64,000 nucleotides of DNA from Phoronis australis (GCA_002633005.1 NMRA01000455.1:48652-112651); one strand, 5' to 3'. Shown: positions 1 through 15,000, numbered from the stretch's first letter. Notes: generated from the letters alone by a model not told the origin. A program made the numbers and translations.

Positions 1-1304
1 ACAGTATACGTTGGTTATTTCAGCCACCAAAATATAGCTTTTGATCTATTTTGTATGTTACTCATTTTTGTTGCTGAAAACATGCGATTTTTGAGACGGC
101 TAATATGCCCAATTGTGCCAATTTGTGTTATCATGCTCCAGCGGCGAAATTAGGGGTCATTGAGTGCACAAAATTTGGCATTTGGGTTTCTGTTAGGATA
201 CCTACCCATGTACAAAAAATGAAGTTGTTTTAAATTTTGACGTATAGACTGATTTTTGAAAATCTACTGGTTTTTATATGGACTGCCTCTTAATTATTTT
301 TCAATTATATTTTTAACAATATCTGCGTGCTGAAAGTTTTAATATTTAATAGTTAATTGATATCAACACCTGGAATATTAGGTCAAGAAAGCTATCTCCA
401 CCTCCAAACTTTTAGTTGAGGAGGCCCCCCCCCCCGTTTTTGCTCCTACCTCTTCTTCAGCAGATCTACCTTATGTTTATTACTTCCCTGACTCCAACTG
501 GATAAAATCCTACATCTTCTGTACATGCTCATCCTCCAATCACTTATTTTCAAAAAGTTCAACTCTGATTACTAAGTCACACTCTTGCTTATGATATATT
601 TTTCTCGCAATATTTATTACCTTTACTGTAAAAAGTTTTTTTCTAGATATACTCTATAGTTTGCCTATGTGTATTTTACATTGCACTGTTTTTTTGTTTT
701 TAATATTTTAAGCAAAGACACGTCACATTTTTGAATTTGAGAAAGTATAATCGGCCGTTGTCAACGCCTTGCGTACTTCGTCGGCGCAAACACACAAGCT
801 AGGTGTCGCTACGGTCCACGACTCAATAACGTTCATTCACTTTACCATTATCCGCAATATTTAACATTCTGGGTATAACAAAATTATTGAGCCGACGTAG
901 TCGGCTTTAGAGCGAAAAAATATTACCCTAACGATATTGCTCCTAAACGGTGATCTTTAAACTTGTCATTCTACTAAACTTTATTCACGATTCTGGTCAA
1001 TGTTTTTATGTTTTTGTTTTGCACATTCTTCGTAGATTTAAACACATGATGTTATGGTAAGGTCGTGAATATTAACTGGATATCTACCAAGTCTCCTTCG
1101 TGATAAGTCGAGTTATTTGTTTAGTCTTATTGATCTCACTTCTGTGGACTGTCGATTATGCACATTTACCTTGTTTTTGCCACTGGATGCCACAATGCCA
1201 AGTTTTTCTTGTTTTTTCCGACTTATCCAAACACCTTCTCATTTGAAATGAACATTGCTCAAACAAATGAGCTCACAAAAGCAGACTTGAATAGAATACG
1301 TTAT

Positions 1305-1355
1305 GAGGTATTGCCTAGATAATCCCACACTTGGGACTGCATTGATTGGTATGTG

Positions 1356-1415
<60 letters not shown>

Positions 1416-1466
1416 CATATACCAATTATTGCATTCCCAAGTGTGGAATTATCTAGGCATTACCTC
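1305..1466. repeat. Foldback: 52-bp inverted arms around a (TA)29 microsatellite
   Basis: 1305-1356 is the reverse complement of 1415-1466 with about 6 mismatches; 1357-1414 is pure TA. Confidence 0.9.
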
Positions 1467-2955
1467 TTTACATACATATAAATATATATATATATAAAAC
1501 TTCTTGTATTTGAGAAAATCTCCTTTAAAATGAAAAGGTGCTCCGAAATTTTGCCCAAAATTATGGAGAAATTTCCCTCCATCCCGCTTACTAAATTTGA
1601 AAACCCTCCGTACATTTGCAAAGAAGTGTCTTTGTCATACTGATTTTGTTCTGGTGACATGTCTGCAAAGGACAGTATGGTGACCAATTAAAGCCTTTCC
1701 GTGTAATCTGTAGCATCACTTTCATTTCCTAACGAGATTTTTTCACGAAGTTTGACCTGCACTCCAGGTAACTACTTACATTTTTTCGGCAGATTTTTCA
1801 AATACTTCACCCAGACTGTTCACATGGCGGATCACATCCTATATGTATGTACTTACGCGTTAGGTTGCAAGTTTTCTCCGGTAAAAAAAAACAGTTTCAA
1901 CAGTAACGATTGATTTTTTGCAATCACCTGTTAAAAAACAACAATCTTTGATATTGTGGTTTCCTAGGAATCGGGGCCTGTTTAGCAGACGATATAGTAT
2001 TAAGCAATTGAAAACTGAGACATAAATGTCATATAATTAACAGTTTTGTTCCAGATTTTACATGTACGTTTAGGGCCTGGTTGCATGTCGAGTGTTAGTT
2101 ACACTGCTGCAACTGTATTAGTTTAAACTATATTCGGAAAGTTTGAGTATCGAACCGGCTGAAGACGTCGAGTCACTGTTGAAGTTGTTCGGGAGGTGAA
2201 AATGGAAAACTTTATGACATTGTCGTATGGATTAAAGAAAGATATTTGACGTCAAGATATTTGATATCATTATGCACTAGAAATGAAACACGTCAGCTTA
2301 CTAGGTTTCATTTCCCATCTTGCGAAAAGGAATGGAGATCTGTTGTGTGAATTTGACAAATATAGTTGAGTCGTCGAGTAATCATGGTGTCGTCAGATAT
2401 TTCCCGGATAGAAGGAGACGTTGTCTGTGCATTGGATTGAGGTAACCACGCACGCATCCGGCCTAAAATATAGGGGGATAGCCTTTTTGAGAATGTGTAC
2501 CTTTTCCCAACAAAAATGGGGACTAAAAAACGTGACACCACCTTCAGGGTTATGTTGTGCATTCGCGGCGATGTTAGTGAATTTTTGTCTAGTTTTCTCA
2601 GAATTTTTGTTCATCTAGGGGGACATTTTTGTCCACTTCGCTAAATGCGTGTGCGCATGTTAACCCATCCTCCGCCTTAGAAACAAGTTCACTAGTCAAC
2701 AGGTTGATTTCAAGTATGCCTTAGAGAGACCGTGGAACGTGGTATCTTGTAAATTATATGTAACAGTTGCATGTATCGATTCATCCACAATGTCTGATTC
2801 TTGAAGCCTAGTTTCTGTATTAATAGGCAAGTTTACATGCATGCCATCAAATCTATATGAACATATTATGTTTAATGTAGAAAAATCTTAATACTCCCAA
2901 GTGTTGAGTATTTACAAGCCAGCGTCCAATATAAATGCCTTCTTCTCAAACACAG

Positions 2956-3050
2956 CGCCACATAAAGATTGCGACGAGGTTCCGGTTGCTAACATCAGAC
3001 ATTACTACTACAACAACTACACTTCCGGTAGCGACAGCGGAGCTTTATTG
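2956..3050 (+). CDS. Gene A exon 3 (start of CTHRC1-C repeat 1)
   Basis: cag|..PHKDCDEVPVANIRHYYYNNYTSGSDSGALL|gtaagt; paralogous to 34602-34696. Confidence 0.85.
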
Positions 3051-6000
3051 GTAAGTCTTTGGATGTTTGCCAACACGTGGACTCATTCACTGCCAAAAGT
3101 CTTAAGGCAGCACGAATTCCAGGCTTTCTGTTAAAAATCAATGTTAGGAACTGATCTTCATGACACTATCCTTTCTTCGTCAATTTTTTGTGATTGCAAG
3201 AACGTGAAAGGTAGGTCTGTTATTCTTTGATAACTTAGACGGGGTAAAATGAGCAAATGACTTCTAAGCGTGTTAAATATTTGTATTTTTGGTGAACGCA
3301 AGCTTGTCATCTCATCGTTTACCCGTGTCATCAACTGATTACGCTAGTTACTATCATACGACCCCATCGGGAAACCCATTTAGTGCCGAAAGAAAGCTTT
3401 AGATGACGCTCGTTCTAATCGACGCGAGATGTCCACTCCTACATCACAAGATAACTTACCATACAAAAAGGGAGCATATTTCAAATCACAGAATTTCTAA
3501 ACTACTTCTATTTTAGAAAACGATATTGATTAATTAAATACAGCAACAGAGGTCTCGACTATTCCTTTTGCGTAGAATACCATATGGAGTCTTACTGTCA
3601 TGATAGTGTTGCTGATGACCACATATGCTGTCACGGTGCAGGTGTCGTCTAGGACATCAAATGGTAGGGTTTTACTCGTAGCAGTAGTTTTTCAAGTCCA
3701 AAATATGCAATTTACAAGGCACAATTTTGCATGCATGTTTGCGTAGCAATGACAATGAGTTTTGAACGCTTAGCCACGATAACAGCAGTTACCAGTAAGC
3801 CCCAAAGTTCAAGTGGTACTGACTGAAGTAAGTTCTAATTTGAAGTACAATTTCTCTTAACTTGGGCAAGAGCTGCCACTCAGTTCATTCTAACCTAACG
3901 CTAGGCCTATACGTGATCGCATATCCGCCATCTTGAATATTTCGAGGGACAAGAAATAAACAAAGTTTAAGAAGGACGAAACATCTCATCAAAAGACATT
4001 TGAAATCAAATAAGAATCTCAGAAACAACCTACATGTAGGTTAAAAAACTACAAAAATGATTTCACCTATCTATCTTTTAGTGGAACTTACTTTGGCTTG
4101 AAGTCAGGAAAATACTTCAATTTAACCGAATCCGTGTCGTCGTAGGATGAAAATGCTGGCTGCACACCTTCGAGTGCTTCGAGTGTCCAGCCCTGTCTTT
4201 TCGCGTTGTCGACGCAAATTTGTCCCAAGCACGGCTCAGACTGGGGTCACTGGGGATTCCGTGCAGATGAACTCCTTCACTGCTGGAATTGCTGCAGCCG
4301 AAAACCACACAGCGATTTCTGAGGCGCGACATTCTCTCAGCGTTCACAGCTTACACACCGGCTATCAGCTGTTCACGTTGTGTTTGTTTACACGCTATTT
4401 CTCAAAGATGACGTCATATAGACCAGTCTACTGTGATTCGTCGAGAGATCAAAAGGGGTTTCCGATGGGGGCACATAATATGGGGTGCATGAAATGCGTA
4501 GTAATTAATTAGTGCTGGAGTGGAATAAAATGAAACAAACATTTCTTAGACAAAAGTACATATATTTAACATGTCTAAAGGGTAATTGACTCATTTTTGG
4601 GGACTTTAAAGTCAGTTACGCGTTTCTGGCGGGGCCTACTTATTCGATCTGTATGTACATCAAAGGCTTATTCACAGAGACATGGGGGTCTAGTGAACCC
4701 GTTAATTATACAGGGTCTCTGCGTACAATGCGGGACCGGTTGGCAAGCAACGGAAATTTGTCGTACACGTACCCATGGCGACATTTTGCCGGAGTGCGCG
4801 TGGCAGAGAACTAATCTGTCTATAGCCGTTCCGTGACAATTGTGTCAGGGAATAAGGCGGTGTTAAGCCTTTTACGAATGAATGGCTTAAGGGCAGCATA
4901 ACAAAAAATAAGAAATGCGGGAGTCTTTACGATCAGAAAATCCTAATACCTCGCGATGGACAGACGTTTTAACTACGACAACAAAAGCAGCAGCGACAGT
5001 AAAAGCGAATTTGAAGACAGTGTAGAGACCGGAGAGTCCAGTGAACTGCTCGGCGAAATGGAGGAAAGAAATGCAGAAACAATTTTTGAATGGATTATCG
5101 TGGTGCATGTCTATGTTCGAACCAAAGAAATCCGATTGATGTGAAATTCTCACGGAACACGTTACGGAGCGTATCAGAGGCGATGTTTCTTGTTTGTGAG
5201 TGAAACTTATAATCAATCAACGAAATTTGCTATTACGGTAGAATTCAAATTATTATTTCTGCAGTCGAGAAATTAGGGAAATAATGGAGCAAAATTTCGC
5301 CATTAAATTCCAAATGATTTAGTGTTGTATTTCCACCAGATTCCTTTCTTGGTTTCATCATATTTTTGACAACAAAAATACAACTTTATGACCATACGTT
5401 GCAACAGCGTTGCATTTATTGTTTAGTTGAAAATGTGTGGTAAGTCACCTGTTTTTAACTTGCCACGGGAACACTAAGCTTTGGATTTAGATTCTTACAC
5501 AGCTGTGCAGGTCAAAACTGGTCAATTTGCATTGTTAAATGTCTGTGATCGACACAAAGAACAACACACTAGGCCGACAGGAAGGTCTGGTAGTTGGGGT
5601 GTCTGGCAGGGGTAACCCACCACTAAATTTGTCTGGCAATGATGATTCGTGATACCTGGGCTTACAGTGAATATTTTGCAACTGGTTTCAAGCGGTTACC
5701 TCTTGGGTTGATCTAGCTCAATTTTTGTACCCTGTATATGTTTGTCTGGCGGTTACTCCCCTCCACTGAAATTGTCTGGCAGTGAAAAATTTTGATACAA
5801 TGGATGACGTAGCAGGTACCGAAGGCAGTTTTAAGTGGTTACCAGAAAAATTGATATAGCTCAATTTTTGAGTGTCATTCTCTTGGCTCCCCTCACCACA
5901 CCCACCAGAGCGAACCTGCCAGACCGCCATTTCTAAGATCAGGATACCCATAGAGCACTGTGGCACCAAAGAAAATTGGTTACCTTTTCATGCCCAAAAA

Positions 6001-9000
6001 GCTCTGTGATCCCGGTCTAAATTTATGACCGTCGTTTAGCAAGAAATAGCCAAGGCTTATCATCTTCTCGTTTATTTTTGCGATAAAAACGAGACATGCA
6101 TTAACACACACCGTTTATTGACGACATTTCTAAGTCATGACCGTACAGTATACCGGGACCTTGGGCGCAAAAAATGGGACCGACCAGCTCCTCAGTGATT
6201 TATCATCGGGGATATTGTTAGTGGATAAACAAGGCATGTTCCATAAAAAAATAAAAATGTTTTTCCACCACAGAGTACGAAACGTAGCTGATGTATGGCG
6301 TTTTACCTGGGTGAAAATGCGTCGAAATTTGGTTCACCGTGAGTGAATCGATAGCGCGGTATCAGAGATCTACGTCGCTGTTTAATGATTAGAGTTCGAA
6401 GGTTGCAGTACCGGAGACAACTGTTTTAGTTAGAAATCACGTTATCAACAGACATTCATGCGTAAAGTCGGCGATGTTTCTATTCAGTGACGTGACTTGA
6501 GCAAACTACATAATTTTGGCTGTCCGTGCAGTTGATCAGATGTACAGGCTGTGGTTAGTGCGGTAATGTGCTGTTCACGAAGATGATGTCGATACACCAA
6601 TCGACTGTGACAAGTCAAGAAAAGGAGAGGGGTTTCCTATGAGGGCCCATAATATGGGGTAACAAAATGTGTGGTAATTTCTTTGTGTGGAATATAACGA
6701 AGCAAATATATGTTGCGCAAAAAGGTACATGTGCGTTATTCAACATATCTAAAAGGCAGTTAATTCATTTTACTCCGTCTTTAAGACATAACAGACTCTT
6801 GGTACTTGCCGAGCACTGAGATCGCTTCTAAGGAGCATGATAAGTTTTGTACCAGCATCTGCTGAGATCCAAACCTTGCTTTTGACAGGAAAGGCGGACA
6901 TTCAGATTTTTTCTGATTATTGCCCTTTTAAATTATCGACCTAGACCCTGTTTGAGCAAAATTATCCTGTCCTTTCAGAGTGCCAAAGTATTTTTTCTAT
7001 TTCCCTACATGAACATGTGCATGTACTTAGGCTTCCCATTTTTACGTGTACACGTCACGGTTTGATCGGTTGCAATTTTGAAAACGTGTATGCAGCAACA
7101 CCTGCTGCGGTTTAATTATAATTGAGCTGGATTATAGTCGAAACTAATTGGTATTTTGGTGTTCGGTTTTGTGCGCCGAAGCTGTGCCTAGTTTCTACGT
7201 TGTCCCGAAATAGAAATAACAAATGACTGATCTTTCGAGAAAAAATATCATCCATGAAACGGAAGATCCCGAAATGTCGTCCCTTTTTAAGTGGATGAGT
7301 ACCCTACATTGTAATTATTTTTTTTCTAGATGCACTATCTCGTTATTGAATCCGCTCAGGACACCTGCTCGCTCTTTTTTCAGGCAAAAACTTTCAACAA
7401 GCAATACTCGTTCACTTCACTTAGGGTGCGTTTCCGTGGCATTATTCGCGCCGGGCACACCTGCGGAGGTTGCTGCAATCGCTGGTACTTCACTTTCAAC
7501 GATCAAGAATGCTCCTCGCCTGGAAAGATTGAGATAGTGTGGTACAAAGGACAAGCAACGGATGACCATCGCCCGGCCATTGGTGAGAGTCTGATGTTTG
7601 CATATGCGCTGTTACTGAAACGATATTTGATCGATTATTGTCGGTACGTGTATCGACTTCGACTTACGGCAACAGTTTGATCGGTAAGACAGTGATGCTC
7701 ATTGAGCTACCAATCCGCACTTCACTATATCTACATCAATATTGAAAAAAATATTTATTTTTGCAATTTCAGTTGACGGTATCTGTGATTTACCAATCTC
7801 CGGCGACATCGTGGTCAAATTCCGTGTCGGTCATTGCAGTGGATATAATGAGGTGGTGGATGCTCAGACGGGCTGGGTTGGCAACGGTGTGTCCATGACT
7901 GTAGAAGAAAATGACGTGAGGCGATCTTCCGGTGAGTGGCAGTTGACCTTATTGACGCGTAACACAGTCAAGTGGTATGTCCTTACAGCAAATAGAGCAA
8001 GGTGGCTGCCAACGTTAATTACTCTGCGCGTGCGAGAGCAGAGTACTGTTGTTCCTGGGTTTTCTACAATTTTATTACTCTGCACGTGCAAGCGCAGAGT
8101 TTTACTGTTCTACGTACTTTATCTTCTTATTTTTATTTATACTCTGCGCGTTCAAGCACAGAGTTTTACTGTTCTACGTATTTTATCTTCTTATTATTCT
8201 TCTTATTCTTCCTTCCTTTTCAGATTGTTATTACTTTTACATCGATTCACTTACAACAATCATATTCACTGTGGTTGATACGATAATCAGGGGATTTTTA
8301 ATAATTATATTGTTTTGACCCAAAATGCACTGGACTGACCCGAAACGGGTCAAGGGGTGCATTCTTTTAAAATGCTTCTTATTTTACAGGTTTTAGATAG
8401 ATTCTTTGAAATTTGTTAACAATTAGGCACTAGAGAATTGTATCCAAAACTTACTTGGAATTCCAATCGGAACAAAGGAACCGAGTTTCTAGTTCAAAGG
8501 TCATTAGGTGCAAAAGTGATTTTTGAGCTAGACCTTTCATAATCAATCATGCGTATGATTACCATTCATAAGGGAACTTCAGTCGCAAATTTTGAGGTCA
8601 CTAGGTGCAGCTTTGGGGTCATTAAGTGCAAGTTTCTGTTAAATTTTACACTTCTTCAATCAGCTCGTACTTAAATGGCGCATTAGGTAGAGCCTTCATA
8701 ATCATGGTGGTTCAACCAGTTGTCGCTCAAATTCTATTGGTCACAAGGATTTGACTCAAAATGCACCGAGGTGACCCGAAACGGGTCAAGGAGTGCATTC
8801 AGTCAAATTGCTTCTTCTTCTACAGGTTTTTAGATAGACTCGGAATTTTGATAACAAGCAGAACATAGAGAAGTGCATCCGAAATTTACTTGAACAGAGT
8901 TTCTGGGTCAAAGGACATACACTGTAAAATGCAAAATTATTTTTTGAGCTAGACCTTACATAATCACGTATATAGTTTTCATTCGTAAAGGAAATTCAGT

Positions 9001-12000
9001 CACAAACTTTTGGGTCATCAGGTGCAACTGTTCGGTTATTTGGAGCAGTTTTCCGTTGATATTTTAACTCTTTACTCTTTACTCTTGCTCTTTCATAGTT
9101 ACCAGGGAAATCTCTATCTTTCATACAAAGGATGCAACTTCTATGCAGTGTAATGCCCTATATTTCACTATGCACATACATACACCACGCGCAGAGTTGC
9201 GTTCTAGTTGTTATTCTTCTTTTTCCTTCCTTTCCATATTGTTATTACTCCTACATTCATTCATTTAGAACAATAATATTCACTGTGATTGGTACGATAG
9301 TTAAGGGACAACTGTGATTGTCAGCATTACACACACTTTTCATAGGCTTTGCAATAATTCCCCTAAAGACGCTTATAATGCATCGGATAGGGTAAGTTAG
9401 TGCAATGGTCAACTAATGTTCAAAATGTTATTTCTCCTACAGAGGTCATTAAGTACAAACTAAAATTTTGAGCTATGGTTTTCAAAATTACATTAATTAA
9501 TTAATTGATTTTCAGGTCATTTGGTGCACTCATGGGGTCATTAGGTGCATTTTTCTTCTGAAAGTTTGAGCAATTCCTTCATCTTGTAAATCTGAAGTGC
9601 TTAAAGTAAAACATCTGTGATTTTTAGCAATAACCACACTTTTATTCGAGTATATAATTATTCTCTCACCGGGGCTCATAATGCACCGGAAGAGGCTAAT
9701 TAGTGGAAAGGTCATCAAAATATTAACATCTAATTTCTCCTACAATTTTAAAGAATTTCTTTTCATATTGGTAAATGGGTTGCTGTCAATAACTCCCCAT
9801 AACAATTCCAGTAATACTCACGCGCAGAGTCTATTATTGTCACGCCGTGACAATAATCTTTCTAGTTGCTTTCTGCTCCAAATATAAAACGTCCCGTTAT
9901 AAATTGCCAGTTATTGACGCAAAAGAACTCACAAAATTATGTTTCTAAGATACTCTGCGGATCAATGGAAATTATCATTGATGAAAGACACAAAAGTTCT
10001 GCTTTTCCTCTGTCTTAATGATTTGAACCAATCATCTTTCTGTCAACTGCTGATGCACCTTCGACGTCAATCTTGAATATACATGTAAAAGCAGGTATAC
10101 ACCGTAAGCTAAAGACTCATACTCCCTTTGTCACAGGTTGAATATTATCAACGGTTCTTGGTGGGCGGTACTTCCCCAAAGTTGCCTTGCAATTCACTGG
10201 AAGCTTACAGTAGGTCACGCTTGTCCGCGTAACAAACTTTTGAAACGAATTTTGAATATCCTTTAAAGCTTTGAGGGTTGTCGAGGGTTATAGAGCACTA
10301 TTTTATTGCAGATAAATGGATGGGAACGTCATTTGAATACATGTTAAGAAGCCAAAACCTGACTTGGTATCATTTCAAATTTGGCCAGATTGGACAGGTT
10401 TTCGTGAAATATCGTTATGCCACAAATACTGTATCATAACCACCACAAACATTGCCATTCCTTATGGCGCAATAAAACACAGGAAAACACTTAGCACATT
10501 GGAGAATGAATACCGCAGTGAATGGATAACCCGATTTTACGCAGTAGTTTCGATCATTGAATGCTAGTGACTTAAGATTAGTTACACGACATGTCGTGAG
10601 ATAGTGTTTGGCAGTTGATTAGTTGTTAGTGTTGCTTATGTGTTTTTGATATGAAATTGGTGATTTAAGTGCTTTAAAGTGATCTCAAACCTTATATGGT
10701 GGCCTGTATTCTAAATAGTATATCAAAAAACCTATGCTTTGTCAACTAGTAAAAGTGTATTTTTTGTAAAAAATCATCTTGGAATATAAAAATATGTTTT
10801 ATATTTATGTGTTTTGTTGTTTTTACGTTAGCACCCTTTTAAATCAAAATTCCATGCTTAAGAAAGTAAATTCATTGCAAAAATCACCCCTTTGTCGATA
10901 TTAATGAAACCTTTTCAAATGAAAACTTCTCCAGTTACCTCAGAAATGCTGTCGGGAATTTTCGACTAGCCTTTTCGCTTGATTTCTATTATAAATCACC
11001 TCGCTAAACGCAAGGCATTTTTTTTAAAAAAATAGGGGTCGTATTGGTCTCCGTTACAATGCGCAAAGACAGCTTTTATATCAAAAATCATATTATAGCT
11101 TTTTTTGAGAAGCATGAAGAAGGTCATCCAATTATAACATTCCAATAAATAGGACATATTACCTTGAAAAAGTCTTTCCTAGAACAGTCGCAGATCGGAA
11201 TAACTTGCTGGGCTACATTACATCGACTCCTTCTCTTGTATCTTTGTCAGCAAGTGGGGTGCCTTCATCTGGGGAACCTGCTTACAGTCTGCCGTATATG
11301 TAAACATAGATTATAGATCACAGATTCGCAACTTCGACATTTTCTGTGTATTATTACTAGAGGAGGCGACAGCCTTCTAAATTATCTGGTGCAATTTCCG
11401 ATTAGTGTATTCTCGCATTTACTTTACTTTCCAGTACAATAAAAATTATTATTTCAGCATTGTAACGCTGTTCAAAGTCTTCCGAACGTAGAGCTCTTGG
11501 TATCGTGAATACTTGTACCATCGCTATTACTAACCCCACCACATAACATCCCACCATGATTAGCAGACGACGTTCTTGCCGGAAATAACACCCGATAAAT
11601 CAGCCAGGTGTCGCAAATGAATAATGACGTAACGGCGTATGAGCAAGAACAAAGACTTTGTCCGTCGGAAGTATACGGAGTTGGCTTTCCATTTATGATG
11701 TAAACGACCTAGCTACATGTATGTTAACCGATCTCTGAAGTGGGGTCCACCTTCTATTATTTGCAGTTAAATTTGTGTTTTTCTTTGTTGATCTTCATGG
11801 TTATGCAGTGACATAATGCACTGTGGCGAGTGTGGCCACTTGAACCAAGAAGAAGCCAGGTACATCAGTTTTCACTGAAAATCTGATAGTCAGTATCATA
11901 TTTTTCCTCAACGTCTCATTTTTGTGGTGTTATAAGTATATGATGAATCTATTGGACAATAAAACAGTTTGCGTTTTGTCATCCATATTCTTAGTAAAAA

Positions 12001-15000
12001 TTATAAATAGAATTTTAACACTGTGGCTGAAAATATAAATTCTGTGTTTAAATTAAAGTCAGGACTGAGTGTCGTTCACTGCAGACGGAGTGGCAGCTTA
12101 ATGGTGCCACAGTGTACTTGTTCACCAAAGATTGCCACCAAAATTGACTGTTTGTGGAAACATCGAGCTCAGTTTGGAAACGGATGGAAGCCAAACAAAC
12201 GAAAAGCAGAGTAGAAAATCTATAAACTGAAGGTTAACTTTGGTATGCCAGTGAAAATACCAGTCCTATAGAATTCTGAGATGGTACCACCTTCTCAATC
12301 TGTCATATCATAGGCCCTCCATACGCAGGGAGTTTTTCAGCGGATTATGTCTGACAGTGATTAAACTATCAGTCATTTTGCTAAAAGTATCTTTTGCGCA
12401 TAGAAGGACACCGTAACAGGCCGATGATTTCTTTAATTCCTTCCAACTCGAACAAATAATAGTCCCCTGGCGAGATGTTGTGGGTAGAAACAAAATATAT
12501 TGCGAGTGAATTCAGACACGCCTATGCAGATCTAGTCTTACCTGTTCCGAAATCATACAGAATAAGACTCATCGTTTAGCAGCGAGAAAAACACGACGTT
12601 TTCTGTCAACCCATTCTACTTCGTTCCTTCTCGAATACGAGTGTAATACTTTTGCAGTTCCAGAATAAAGACGTCAAAGTTTTGTTTTGAATCATCTTGC
12701 ATACATAAGTTGCTATAGAGATATAGGTGGTTATGTACCCTATTTCGAGAGCCCGATACAATATGAACAAGTGTAATTGGCTATACATGTACCTTTTATG
12801 TTTTTGTTGAGCTTGGATCAACCTCAACACAGAATGTTGTTTTGTTGTTTTAAAGTTGGTTTCAAAATCAACATTGAGCAGCTAAGTTTGTAGCTTTTAA
12901 AATCATCTGAGGATTTCTTGCAACTAAGTTACAAAGGAGAAAAGTTTAAGGACGCCTTAATTCGAAGATATATTTATAGTGCTTGATCTTGTATTCTTGC
13001 TTTCAAGGTAAGTTCAAAAATGTACCAAAATGTAGCTGTAACAAGGCTTGAAATTGGAGAAAATGCAACTTGTTCCCATAGCAATCACAAGGTGACGCTC
13101 ACTTAAGAATGAAAGTGAATATGAAGGTTGAGGAGTCAACCACTACCATCATACAGCTCTCAAGGAAATCTGTGACATGCCCTTTCCATGTATAGTGTAT
13201 CTACTTTTGTCTGGTCCACTCGTGGGTGGGCATTTAAGTTACTTCATGAAATACGCTTTCCACAGATATCGACCTGCCAACGTATGATGGTAATGCTGGT
13301 GGTTCATCGTGCATGTTCCCGTTCGTTTACAAAGGTCTATCGTACAGTACGTGCATTGATGTGGATCACAATCAACCGTGGTGTGCGACCACTTCTAATT
13401 ATGACATCGACCAGAGATGGGGAAATTGTCCAGGTAAGGAAAGTTAAACAACAACTAGTAACCCATTTTTTCGGCTGGGCGCGCAAATGGTTCAGCCATG
13501 CATGGCAAATCAAAAAAACCTAAGACGGTAGACTAAAAGTCATTCTGTAGCAACAGAATACTATGTCTCATCAAGGTGTCGCTCCTTCGTCAGACGAAAA
13601 CTTTCAGGAACTCATGATTGCTGTGTACATCGAAAGTGGCGTCCACATCACTTATTACTGCTGACATGGCGCTGAAAATGGCAGCGTCACTCCGATCAAA
13701 TCACTAAACTTCGAAGGGAAATAGCTGTTCAACATCAAATTTCGACACTGGAATGGGGACAGCAGGAGTGATTGGCGCCCTCACTTTAAAGGCGAAGGCA
13801 ACCTTTTTCCATGTCATTTTGAGCTAAAATAAGGTGGGTTGGTTATCCTAGACATATTTTCCACTTAATTACAGCTTTTCGTAATTTTATTAATTACTCG
13901 TCCGCTACTCCGGAAGTGACGTTTTAGGAGGCAAGCGTTTCCCGCCACTTGGTTTTGCGTTGACTTTACCGTGCGAATCTGTTCTATTCTACTTTTGTTT
14001 TGTGCTGTTTTTCAACAATTGTCGCCACCACTTTCCATCGGCGAGTATTCTGCGGCAAGATTGGTTAGCAGAGAACTCAACTACGTTGGATTTAGGGATT
14101 GTTTAGTGTGTTGTAAGCTGAAAATGGCTGGAGTCGGTGACCCGTATCACAGTGACATTAGTGTGAGTGACGGAGACCTTGTTCACAGCAGTGGTGACGA
14201 GGAATTTTTTCACGGACATTTAGTGGGTGGGTACATGTTTGAGCCCGAGTATAACGAGGCAGAGTACGCACAGGCACAGGCAGCTGTTGAGAGAAACGAG
14301 GCGGCTACTGAGGACAGACGTGGTGACACATCTTGGTGCAAATGCACTGTGTGCGTTGTTATGCCTACATGTACCTCAATGGAATGCTTGTGCTGTTTAG
14401 AGTTCGACGAGGCCAAGCCACTACTGGACACGGTTAAGTGGACCTCCGGCATACCACGGACAGAGGTACAACTGTCCCACTTGCCAGAATGGCCCTCGAC
14501 ACATCCCACTGGATGGTGACCTGAGCACCCAAACCGCTTACATCGTGTCGTGTGACTCACTCGCCACACACCTGGCACCTTCTAAATAGACAAGTCCACA
14601 ATAAACTTATCAAAGTTTGGCTCACCGATCTGTTCACTGAACGACAAACTGTCCTCTTCACTGGGTGTTGAACGGGGCCTGTAATCACTCCCACTACTCA
14701 ATATCGCTGCAGGGCCGCTTAGAGGCTCTGGGCTGGAGAAAACAGCACAGAGCGAATCACTACTGGTTCCAGGAATTGCACGGTCTGGGGTACGTTCGGA
14801 GGCACGGGTGACAGTAGATGAAGTGCCTCCACTGGCTCCAGTCACTGTACTGGCCACAGCTCGCGAGGCTTCTCGCTTCAACAACGCACTTCTCGGGGGT
14901 GGCGACGGGGCACTGCCAGGAATCAACACAGACGGAATGGCATCCTTCTTCAGGCGTTGTTTCGCAGGGACCTTCATCAGTTCAGCGTACAAATCCCTTT

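Noticed and set aside
1-293. Possible transposon right end ending in gcctc-TTAA
   Set aside because: The partner end is outside the window, so it cannot be verified.
1303-1497. ORF with YIYIYI repeat
   Set aside because: Translation of a TA microsatellite.
7742-8318. Long overlapping ORFs (178, 94, 89 aa)
   Set aside because: Only 7773-7931 is exon; the rest reads through the donor into a low-complexity repeat.
8325-8810. Repeated hairpin tgacccg-aaa-cgggtca as a possible hammerhead ribozyme
   Set aside because: Lacks the CUGANGA core and the three-stem layout; it is an internal repeat of the Helentron-like element.
11600-12620. Possible decayed SWIM/YqaJ-like transposon ORF
   Set aside because: Only faint motif echoes (C..CLWK, HRLAA) amid many stops; not supportable without a profile search.
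13565-13600. Minus-strand CTGACGA plus short stem (hammerhead-like)
   Set aside because: No GAAA follows stem II, and stems I and III were not found.
14210-14578. Antisense ORF overlapping the KolX stub as a separate gene
   Set aside because: It is the frameshifted continuation of the transposase stub running past the deletion junction.
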